A stretch of DNA of 64,000 bases from an uncultured Eubacteriales bacterium (GTDB lineage: Bacteria; Bacillota; Clostridia; Christensenellales; DTU072), in assembly GCA_949292905.1 (NCBI GenBank), contig CASFAV010000010.1:5074-69073 (forward strand). Direction: 5' to 3'. Under the pieces are notes generated by a model. It had not been told where the DNA came from. It saw only the letters and a list, made by a program, of their open reading frames with translations, and made no database searches. Shown here one piece after another: positions 26,619 to 38,600 of this stretch (its first letter is position 1; the number at the start of each line of letters is the position of its first letter). The translations under genes were made by a program, and so were the position numbers.

Positions 26619-29600
26619 TTACTTGTTGGCAGTAGTGATTTCGATGTATCTCAGGTTGCCCGTGTAGTTCCACGTATACTTCCACAACAATTCCACCGTG
26701 CCGCCCGTCTTCTCGCAATCGGGGGAATATACTGCGTTGTCTCCCGCAAGATCCTCGATGTTTGTGCCGTCGATGTCGTGCGGTACGACAGAAGACACGG
26801 AACCGGTGATACCCACGTAAGTCACGGTAGCTTTTCCGAACAAATATCCCGTAGCGTAGAAATACCAGGTAAATCCGGCTTCGACTTTCCCCGGAGTGTA
26901 TTCTCCCGAACCGCCTCCGCAATATTCCGCCGTGGCGAAATTAGGCGCAGATACGAAATTGGATTCGGCAGAACCTTCGTTATCGCCGTATACGCCGCCC
27001 ATATTTAAGTACTGCATTTCCTGCTTATCGGAGCCGGATTGCACGACGTACACGTAATGGAAGAACTTGATGCCCCACTCGTTCGCGGATATGTTGCCGA
27101 GCGATCCTCCGGCAGCGTTATAGCCTACGCCCGCGGCGATATAGCTCATATTGCTCGTGGCGTCCGACGAACGCCTGTTGAACATAAGTTTACCTACGAA
27201 AGTCGCCGTATTGATCGTCGCCCTGTTATATCCCGCGATACCGCCGATATAAACCGTAGTGCCGTCCGCGAATACGCCGGGCTCGTGCATGGGAGCGTTC
27301 TGTCCGGAAGTGGGCGTATAATAATTACCGTTGTTGGTGATCACTTCGAGCGCCGCGCTGCCGGCATCGTAATTGTTCCCCACGCTGCCCGCGCTGAAAC
27401 TGACGTTGGACACGGTGCCGCTCCAGTTGACGCCCACGATACCGCCGTAACTGCCGCCCGCATATACCGACGAACCTGCGGCACGAGAAGAGTACATCCT
27501 TACCGAAGACGAGACGCTTTCGATAGTGCCGAAGTTGACGCCCACTATTCCGCCCACTATGCTTCCGATATAAGTAACGGTATAGTCGCCCGTGGTGCCC
27601 GCTACGCCGGCGTTTCTGACAATACCGCTATTGTGTCCGGCTATGCCGCCCGCGCCGAGCAGATAAATATTCGTTTCGGTGGGCTCTTTGAAGTTAGCGG
27701 TACCGCTCGCGGTCGCGCTTGCTGAATATATCGTGGCATTCTTGGTAAGCACGAGATAACTGTAGCTCACCACCCTGCGTTGTCCTATCGAGCCGATCAC
27801 GCCGCCTATCGCTATGCCGTTGATAAACGAATTCAATACGGGGTCTATTGCGACCGCGTAGGATACGGCGCGCTGTTCGCTTGTGCCGTCCGCGGACGAA
27901 TCGCCCGCTATCGTACCCGCAATGCCGCCTGCGCCGGTAGAGGATATGACGGTCACCTCTTTCGCATAAGTACCCGCTTCGGGATTGCTCTCCGAAACGC
28001 TCTGCGAGCTCGTCACATATGCGTACAGCCCTATCTGTCCCACTATGCCGCCGGCGCCGCCGGTAAATCCGCTAACTTCGTCGTTCACTGCGCCCGACGC
28101 CGCCGTGAGCGTGATGCCGGTAACGGTCACGTCGACAAGCTCGGTACTGTTGTTCCTGTCCGCGCGGATATAGCCCGCGATACCGCCGACGTTATTATTT
28201 CCGGTAATGCTGTTGCCTATGGAGTTGTCGATAACGTCGACGTTCCTGATGACGGTATTGACCGCTTCGCCCACCAAAGCGCCTACGTTGACGCCGCCCG
28301 TGACGTTCACGCCGGCAAGCACCACGTTTTCTATCACGGCGCCGCTCGAAGTAGCCGCAAATAATCCGACGTTGGTAGCAGAAGACATATAGAGATTCAG
28401 ATTATTGAGCGTGTGTCCGCCTCCGTCGAAATGTCCGTTGAAGCCGCCGGTACGTTCTACGCCGTTCGCGTCGGTGTACGGCGCGCAAAGAGGCGCGAGC
28501 AACGCGTTACCCGGTTCGTTGAGCTCGATATTGGCTATAACTCTGAAATACACTTCTCCGAGTTCTGCGTTACAGCCGCGATGCAGCGCGTCGACGTTCT
28601 TCAAGTGATCTATCGTCGCGATAAGGAAAGGTTCGGACGCGCTTCCTTTGCCCGCGGATTCGTTGTCGCCTTCGGCGAACGGATACTGTTGCAGACTCTC
28701 TAAAGTGACTTCTTGGGCTACGAATTCGATATTTTCGGCTTCCCAAACGTATTGAGTTAAAGTTTTACTGCCGTAGTAAACTATTTTCTGCAGCTTGCTG
28801 AAGCCGTCCGAAGAACCGTTGAAATTGATGCCGAAGCTCGTATAATCGCTCGCTATGGGTCCGTAGCCCGCGAGCAATCTGTTACCGTAATCGCCGGACT
28901 TGACGCCGTCGTAATTGGCGCCGGGAAGTATCGGGATATTCTTGATAGCGATGACGCCGTTCACCGTGCCGTCGCCGTCGAACTCGCCGCCGTCGCTGAT
29001 GTACTTGCCGCCAACGCCGTTCTCGCTGTTATTGTCGCCGATGGCGGTCGCGAGCGTTTCGGGCAGTTTTATCGCGGAGCCCCAGTATACGTTATGCAGT
29101 TCGAGTTCGCCGTAAGCGCTGAAATTGATGCTTACGCGCTTGTTGCGGTTCGCTCTCACGATGACGTACATGGCTTCCATCGCGGCGTTATACCCGTCGG
29201 GATCGGTATGATCGAGAGTCGCGGGAGGCAGGCCGTCCTTACTCAATTCGTAATCTCCGCCCGTCATGAATATATCGTTGTTGTTGTCGTCGTAAACGAT
29301 GACGCTCGAATATCTGTCGAACCTCGGATTGAAGTTGTTAAGATCGTCGGGATTGCCCGTATAACCGGTTTCGAGCATGATCTTTATGCGACTGCCTACG
29401 CGCGCGTCGGTGAGAGTAATGGTACGCTGATCCGTATATGCGTCTCCGGTCACCAAGCGCCAGCCGCCTTCCGCAGTAGCGTCCTCGACGTAATACTTGA
29501 GATACGGAAGCGCTACCGTGAGTCCCGCGGCGGAGCCGGAAAGACTGGCTATCTCGAGCGTTACCGTATATATGCGGATGTATCTTGCGTAGATGACGTA

Positions 29601-32600
29601 AGAGCCGAGCATACGCAGCATGAGCGTTCCCGTCGAGGCGTTGTAATTATAGTAGATCGTCTCCGAAGTGTCCGTTCCGTCGGAATTCTGGATATAATCC
29701 CCTACGTAAGTGATGTTGTCCACGACTTCGTCGGGCAGTCCGCTGTCGGAAGAGGTAAGGTCGAGAGCCTGTCTGCCGCCCGCGCCGCCGTTGTCGACGA
29801 TGTACCAACCCGCGAATTCGTATCCGCTTATCACGGAAGGCAACAGAGTCTGCACCGTTCCGTAATTGAAGCTTCCGTACGACAGGCTCGTGGATTCGAT
29901 CTTGGGCTCCACCATGCCTTCGCCGTCTATAAACAGGCTTTCGTCCTCGATCGCCGTGGACTTGACGAGCTCAAGAGTTTCGACTTTCTGGTAAACGGGA
30001 CGGATTATTATGGCGGGAATGGAGGTGCTGCTCACGTAATTGCCCGCGGTATCGTAATTCGAAGCGTTATAGTAGAAACCCTGATCGACCGTACCGTCGA
30101 ATCTGACGTATGCCGCGTACGAGGTATCGAATAAACAGCTTATCGGGAAATTGAAACTACTGCGCGTCACGACGTTGGTACTGTCGGACGGGTCTACGTA
30201 AGGGATATTCTTCCAGGAATACGAAGTGCCGTCAAAAGCGTAATATTGCCATGACAGGAACCTGTAAGTCGGGGAAGAGGTCTCCCAATACAGCGAAATT
30301 CTGTTATCCGTCCAAGTATTGTACGGGGAATTCGCGCCCGAAACTCCGCTCGTGGCTATCGAATTGAGTTTGCCGAGCATACTGAATGCCTTGTCGGTAT
30401 GTCCGTCCGCGGAAGTAAGCGCCGCCACGTTATACGCGCTCGCATAATACTGCGGCATCGACGAATTGTACGACGCGGCGGTGGCGACCACGGTGCCGGT
30501 ATCGAGATATTCGTTCTCGTACTCGTAGACGTTCTCCACTACCACGTTGTACACCGGTACGAATCTTGCCACGACGTCCACGACGAATTCGGTGACCGCC
30601 GACGTACCGCTGCCCGTCCTTCTTTCGACGATATTCACGCCGTCGGAAAGCCCGTCGAGATCGTTCAATACGAACGCCCCCGTCGTAGTTCCGGGATAAT
30701 ACTGACCGAGTTGCGTATAGCTGTTGACGCCGTTGATGAAGTAGCCCACGAACTGATAATATCTCGACCACTCGCCTTGCGCGGTCAACGACTCGGAGAT
30801 ATAGAACGCGACAGTATCGTTGTAATCGTAAATGCCGTCGGGCGAACTGCCGTCTATGGAGCTGAATTCGATGGAATATTCCGGCTCAATGGTGCTCTCG
30901 TCGGTTACGAACGAAATACTGCCGGTGAGCGTTATCAGTTTGCGGAAGCTTACTTTCAGAATGATGTTTTCCGTGATCTCTTTGACGGTGAGCACCACTT
31001 TCGAGAATCTTCCTTCGAACGAGGGAAGATCGGACGCATACACCACGTTACCGTTCTCGTCGTAATAGGTGAGCGTGACATTGCCGCTCGAGGTGTCGAA
31101 CTGCTCGTAACGGTCGGTAAACTGCCTGTAGCCGTTGGCGTCGGGAACGTCGAGCGAATAGAGATATCCCACGCTCTCGAAGCGGTAACCGCTGTTGGGC
31201 GTCATCGTGATCTGTACGGTGCTTCCCGCCGAAGTCACGAGCGAGTTGTCGCGCAGGCTCGTAACGGTGGCGTTATTGACCACGTAGCTCATGGTGCCGC
31301 CCGCGCCGGACGACGAGGAACCTATCGTTTCCATCGCAAGGCTGACGTACAGGCTGTTGTTGGCGTACGAATATACCGTCTTATCCCCTTCTATCACTTC
31401 GCCGTCGGTGCCGTAGGTGGCGTTCACGGTCGTCTGCGTTCCGCCTTCCGTGACCACATTCTTATAAGAGAAGCTCTGCGTGGCGTTATTGGATATATAC
31501 CTGTCCGCTCCGCGCAGATAGAGCGTCGCTCCGCTTCTTACGTAATACACGTACATCGCGTCGTTCGCGTCGGTGTCGGAATCGGTAAGTATTTCGCGGT
31601 TGCTCGTAAGATCGGGAAGCGGTACGCCGTTGGCGGCGGACTCCGCATATACCGCTTCCGCCGTCATATCGGAATACAGACGGTAAAGCATTTCGGCGGG
31701 GTTGTAAGAAATAAACGAGCCCGAATAATATTTGAATTCGGGATGTATCTCCACCGCCACACGGTACAGACGGAAGAATACGGCGCGGAAAACGCGCGAA
31801 CTCTGAATGACGTATTCCATGACGTAACCGTCCGACATAAGCGTTATGCCGTTGACGCCGTCTCTCACGTACACCCATTGTCCGTCGATATATTCCTGGA
31901 AGCCTTCAAAATTGTATTTATTCGCGCCGTAAGCGGTTATGTTGGCGGTAAATCTCGCACTCGTGCCGTATACGTGCGTCGAACCGGCGGGCTTGTTGTC
32001 GCCGAAAGAAACGCCGATATAGAATTCGCTTTCGTATGCGTTGCCGATCACTTCTGAGCCTTTGTTGGAGCCGTCGTCGGCGGTCACGAGATAATTGGCG
32101 ACGCTGCTGTCGTATTCGTCCTGCGTCACCGAATAATATATCCTCAACGTACTCTTGTTGGCGTCTTCGAAATCCATATATCTCAATATCTCTTCGGTGA
32201 GCATTATACGGATGCTGTCGCCTTTGGCGGAATAAGTGTTGTAGCCGGTGCCCGCGGGCAGACTGATGTTGTCCTTACCTTCGCCGTTCACGCCCACGGC
32301 GTTGCACAGCCAAACGCCGGAAATGCTGTATCCCGCGCTTAACGTGTGAGTGATGACAGCCGCGTTGTCCGCGTCGTAAATGACGCTGTTGTTTTCGAGC
32401 GCCAGCCCGAGAGTGCCGTCGGAAGAATACCACACGCCGCCGTTCTGGACCGCCGCAACGTTATTCACGTAGAATACGACGTTGAAATATTGTCTGCCGT
32501 ATTCCGGCGTGACCGTTATCGAGGTGCGGTTATTGACGAGCGCGGCGTTCACGAGAAGCTTCGTTCCGTCCGCCGCGTCGGTAGTGTAACGATAGCTCGC

Positions 32601-35600
32601 TCCCTGTTTCGAATTCGTGGTGCCCACGGTCTGTCCGTTGACGGTCACCGAACTGAGATAATATCCCGTATCGGAGAGCACGGTGACGCTGAGCGCGTCG
32701 TAATAACTCAACGTGGTCGCGGTATAATCCGTATAACTTCCTCCGGAGCGCGTTTCGTACGTTACTTTATATTGTTTTATCGCGTACGCAACATAGACGT
32801 ACACGTTGCCCGTCACGTTATCTATAGTATACGAACGCATGCCGGTACCGTCGTCCGCGGTAAGTCCCGACGGATCGGAGACGAGCGCTCCGCTCCTGCC
32901 GTCCATGGTTATCGATACGGAAACCACTTCGTAGCCTTCGGGCGGCATGAGCCTTATGGAAAGCTTGTCGTTGAAACGCAATCCTATATATTCGCCGTCG
33001 GGATCGGGTCTGCCGATGAGGGTACCCGAACGAAGGTCGATGCCTCCTGAATCGGAATAGAATTCCCTCTTGATCTGACCGTAAACGTTCTCGTTGATAA
33101 CGGCGCCCGCCACCGCGTTGAGCGTGAATTTCTTGCCGTTACCGTCCGTGATGTCGTACGTTCTGCTGTAGTCGCCGCTGAACGTGACGTCGTAACCTCT
33201 CCTTTCGACGGTCAGTATAACGGAAACGTCGGCGCGTACGTTATATAAGGTGTAAGCTCTGCCGGCGGAGAGGAGCGACAACGCTTCCTGAGAGACTTCC
33301 GAAACGCCGTTCGTTACAAATTCCACCCCGGACAGCACGTATCCCGCGTCGAGCGCATTGCCTACAAGGCTTATGGACGTGGAGTTGCCCCACACTACGG
33401 TTTCGGGCGAAGCGGTTGCCTTACCTCCCTCGAACGCTACGATATTTATGTCGTATGTGTAGACCTTGAACGTCAAATCCGCAACGGCGTCGGACGTAAG
33501 AGTGTATTGGAAAGAGTTTTCGACGCTTCCGTCGGCAACGTTGTAAGGACTGTTGTTGATGACGAATTTGTCTATGCCGTAGCCGGCATCGCCGTAAGAC
33601 GGGATCGCCGCGAATACGAATCGCGTATTATAGGTGGCTGTGATCGCGCCGGTGGACTTGTCTATCCAGATCTTACCGCTCGGCGTGCTCTGCTCGGAAT
33701 ATACGAAGTCGCCCGAAGCGGGAGGAGCCGCCCCGATATCGATAACGGTGACGCTCTTTCTCCAGACGAGATCTCCGAGCTCGTTCATTATGTAATAAGT
33801 GCCGCCCGCATTTGCGTTATATTCGACGGAATAGACGAGGATGCTGTACTGCACCTCGATGAGCAGGTCGGACGAAATGATGGCGGAATAGTTATTCGCT
33901 CTTACCGCGCTCGAACGGTCTTCTCCGTTGACGTTGAATACCGTACGGGAATATCCCGTGCCGGGGTTGACGTTGACGGTGAAGCTCAGTCCGTATTCGT
34001 ATTTGCCGTCCTCGGTGACTACCGTGTCGGAAGCGGAATACGGATTGGCGAAGGTGACGGTCACTCCGGAAGCGCAAAGATACGGCGAACCGAGAGACTC
34101 GGTCGTGAGTCTGTGCTCGTAGGTATACGTTCTGCGCTTGAATTCGACGTTAAGAGCGATTATGTCGGACGACAGCGACTGGAGTATGTAGGAACCGCCG
34201 TCGGGATTGATCGAGGAGGTCAGATTGACGGTGGTATTGGCTCCGTCGCCGTACACCACCTCGAATAACGAGATGTAATATCCGCGGGCAGTGCGCGGAG
34301 CAATCGTGATCCTGACGTTTGCGCCGTGGTTGATCCCTCTGTAAACGTTATCCGCGTCCGCGGTATAGCCGGAGATCGTGACCGTGCCGAAAGTCGTGGG
34401 CGCGACGTCGTAAGAGGCGAAATTGAGACTCTTGTTGGTCGCGTTGACGGCGACGGAATACTCGTTGACAGCATAAGTCACCCTCAGAGTGACGTTGCCT
34501 TCTATGACCGCGGCTTCGAAATATACTTCCGAGAAGTCGTTGACGTTGACCGAAGGATCGAACCAATCGTTATTCACCGTGCCGTTGATGCGCAGTTCTG
34601 AGAGATGATATCCGCTCTCCGCGTTCATCTTGAGCCAGAGCGTGTCGCCGGCTCCGAACGTGACGGTGCGCGCGTCGACGTATGCCGTGGAGGTGCCGTC
34701 GACGGAAACTTTCTTGACATAAGTCACTCCGCCCGCCGATTCCGCTACGGTAACGGTGTATGCGTTGGGCGTAAAGACGATCGCGATGTCCGTGTCGCCG
34801 GTGATTTCCGTGGAAAGGATGCCGGACACGAAATTGTTCGTTTCCGGATCGATGACCGCGCCGAAAAGCGACGAAGCCGCCAATCCGAGACCGTTGATGC
34901 TGACCGAGCCGATATAGTAACCGTCGAACGCGTTAAGGTCGAGGCTGAACGCGGTGCCGTATTCCACGGAGATAGTTTCTCCCGCATACGCGCCGCCTAC
35001 TGTACCGTTGCCGGAATAATCGACGTGCACGTTATATTTTATAGGCGTAAACACGGCGTCTACGGTCACATCGCCGTTCACGTAGCTTTCGGGGACGGTG
35101 TAATCGAACACGCCGCCCGCCGCGGAAACTCCGAGATCGGGGTGATACGTGGCGTTACCTATCACCAAAGTGAACGAAGTGAGCGCATATCCCGTTGAAG
35201 GAATGAATCTTATATCGAAAGAAGTATTCGCGGCAACGCTCGTGACTGTTGTATTGACAATGCCGTGCGTAACGCCGTTGACCGCTATCAAGTATTCTTT
35301 TTCTTCGAATATCGCATAAGCGGACACGTCCGAATTAACGGTCACGGTATAAGTGCCGCCGACGACTTCAACTTCTTGTCCGTTGACGATGAGGGCTTTA
35401 AGCTCGTAGCCGGGTTCCGGAGTAGCGGTGAAAGTTACCTGCGTGCCCTCCGCTACGGGACCCGTAGCGGTCGCGGTGAGCGAACCTTCGCCGACGTGCG
35501 AAACGCTTACCGAAGGTTGGGCGCCGACGGTGGAATCGAGTCTTACGAAGATATCGATCTCGGTGTCTATATCGGAAATGCTGAGCGTGTCGGAGGCGAC

Positions 35601-38600
35601 GAGCGAATACTGTCCTCTCGAATCGGATGGAGTGAAAGCGCCCGTGACCGCCTCGTAGTAATAATCGGTGCCCTCTCTGTTGACGACTCTGACGCCGTCG
35701 GCGGAAACGGTCTTGCCGCCGAGCGTGAACTGCACGTTAAGAGTGCTTCCGAAAACGAGTTCGCCGTTGTACGTGAGCATCTTGCCGTCGTAGGAAGGCT
35801 GCGCCGACACGTCGAAGCCGTCTATCTTTATAGAAGCGCCGCTGTCGGTGCCGAGCAGGTAAACGGTATAGCCGAGCTCGATATATACGAAAGTGACCGA
35901 AACTTCATAATCTTTGGAGAGATCGTCGATCCTGAAAGTGTGCGAAGTCGCGCGGTAACCTATTATCTCCGAGACAGTCGCTCCGTCCGCTACGGAAGTG
36001 AACGAAACGGCGTTGACGTAATAGCCTTCGGGAGCCGTTACCGTGAATTCGGCGTTGGTGCCGGTGGAGATATCCGCGAAAGTGCGTCCCTGCATGCCGT
36101 ACGGGTAAGAAACGCCGTTATAAAGTATGCTCGCGCCGTTGTCGTCCGCTCCGGTACCGCTCAGGAAAGAAACGATATGCGTAGATCTCGAGAAACTGAA
36201 TATCACGTCGTAATCCTTCTTCACGCCGTTCACGGTAAACACCTGCGAAGAATTCATATCACTGTAATTCATTTTTTCGCCGTTGACGGTGAGCGCCGCG
36301 ACGTAATATTCCGTGACCGTCTCGGCAAGGACATTGACCGTGGCGCCGTAATCGACTACGGAGCTCGCGCTTACGCTTCCCACGCCTTCGGCGGCGGTAT
36401 TTATGTAATAATATATAGGCGCGATATCCACTTCGAATACGATATCGCGATAGATGCCGTCCACGGTAAGGGTGAACGAAGTCACGCGGGAGTCGTATTC
36501 GCCGTCGATCGCGGCTTCGCCGTTCACGAGAACGTCGTCGATCATGTAATCTTCCGAAGTGAAGTACGGATCCACTATGCTGCCGTTAGCGCGCAAAGCG
36601 CGGATATAATATCCTTCGTCCGCGCCGACATAGAAAACGGGACTCTCGCCGCCGTTGTACTGCGTGACCGAAGCGGCGGCTTCGATATAGCCGTGCTCGA
36701 GCGAAGACGACGACGGGAGCGTGACGGAATAGGTGGTCTCGTTATACACCACGGTCACCACTCTGTCGGCGGATATGCGGTCAATGACAAGAGTGTAATA
36801 GACGGCTCCCTGCGGGACTGCGCTCTGAACGCCGTTGACGGAAACAGAGGATATGAAATAATTCGCGGGCGCGGAGATCTCGAGATTCACGCTCACGCCG
36901 TCGTCCGCGCGGAAAGCGAAGTTGACGTCGGAAGAGGTCTGCTTGAGAGCTTCGCTCGCTCCGGCAACGTTGTAAGTTATCGATCCCGCGGCGAGCGAGG
37001 AGCCGTTCACGACGGCTATCTCGTACTGCGAGAGAGAGAAGGTCACGTGCAGATAATAATCGGAAGCTATCACGGCGGGTATGACCGTTTCGTAATACGC
37101 GCCTGCGTCGATGAGCTCGTTAGAGATATCCTCTCCGTTGAGTTCCGCTCCCGTCACGCCGTAATCGGTGCCGGGACGGATGCGTATGACGAAATCCTCG
37201 GTAACGGGCATCTGCACTTCTCCCGCGACGACTTTTTCTTCGTATTCTTCGTATTGCTCGTTGTATTCGAGGTAATACACGTTGCCGGAGCCTTCGGCAT
37301 TGACGATGAGTTTACGGGTATTGACTTCGAATACGGGCACGAAATAGGCTATCTCTTTGTCGATCTTGTAATTTCTGTCGATGACGTAATCGGTGGGCTG
37401 CATCGCGTCGTCCGCGAGATACCAGCCTTTGAACGTATAATTCTCGCGAACGGGCAAAGTCTCGGGGAAAGTTCCCGAGAGAGCTCCCGCAAGGCTGTCC
37501 TGATAATAGACCTCGAGCACCCTGCCGCCCAGCTCTTCGTCGTAGCCCGTCGCGGGATCGGTGAACGACGCGTCCTCGTTATCCCCTTTCAGGAATACGG
37601 CGAGGAAAATGCGTTTTTCCCAGTAAGCCACGAGCTCGGTGGGACGGGTAAATACGGCGTCGTTGGTAAGGAGCGCGGGAGAACCGTCGGGATTGTAAGG
37701 ATTGTCGGCGTCGTACCAGCCCTTGAATTCGTAGCCGGTAGCGACGAGCTTGGTAAGGTCCTCGACGTCGAATATCTCCCCTATCGGAGTACCGTAAGGA
37801 AGTACCAGCGGCTCGAATACCGAAGCCGACATGCTCGAGAAAGATATCTCGCTTTCTTCGTAAACGAAATTGGCTTTGAGATATATCTCGTTGACGTTTG
37901 GACGCAGATCGTTATCCTGCGGCGGGGTGAACGCGAGGACGTATTCCTCGCTCGTTCCCGTCTGAGAAGTACGGAACGAAACGTAATTGTCTTCCGCGAG
38001 TTCCACGGTTATCTCGTCGTCTTTTATCTCGAGCTCGATACAGTTCCCGGAAACGTCGCGCACCGACCAGCCCACGAAATCCATACCGGCGTTGGCGGTG
38101 ATACGGAGCACCGCTTCGGTACCCTTCGGATAATACGCCATGAGATCTTGTATCTTACCGAGAGCGACGCCCTCTCTGTCGGTGGTGAATTCGACGAAAA
38201 GATCGGTTGCGTTCTTCTCGAAAATGGGATAGATGTTGGTATCCTTGGTGATGCTCGTGTAATCGGTATCCCAGCCCACGAAAGTATAGCCGTAAAGTTG
38301 CATGTTATGTTCGTCGGGGCGCGGAACCCTCGTGGGGGATTGACCGTAAGGCACTATCTCCTCTCTCGCCGTGGTTCCGTCGGGATAATAGAACACGACG
38401 GTATAATTCATTTTGCGGAAAACGGCTATGAGCTTGGTGGATTTGCTTATTTTCGTATCCATACGGCTCGCACTGCTGTATCCGTCGCTCCAGCCGTCGA
38501 AATAATAACCTTCGTTGGGTATGGCTTCCACTCTCGTGGCGTCCGCGCCGGCGGTAACGTGCTGTAAAGTTTCTCCGTCTATCCGACCGCCCGTGCTGGG

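Noticed and set aside
35265-38567. A 1,100-aa ORF on the plus strand, plus similar ones at 30399..32057, 29094..30134, 33507..34268 and 32346..33050, all antisense to the giant gene.
   Set aside because: The translations are low-complexity and R/V/G/H/F-rich, with no RBS and no recognisable motifs. They mirror a strongly supported minus-strand gene. They are best explained by codon bias (G/C-ending codons) depleting stop codons on the opposite strand.
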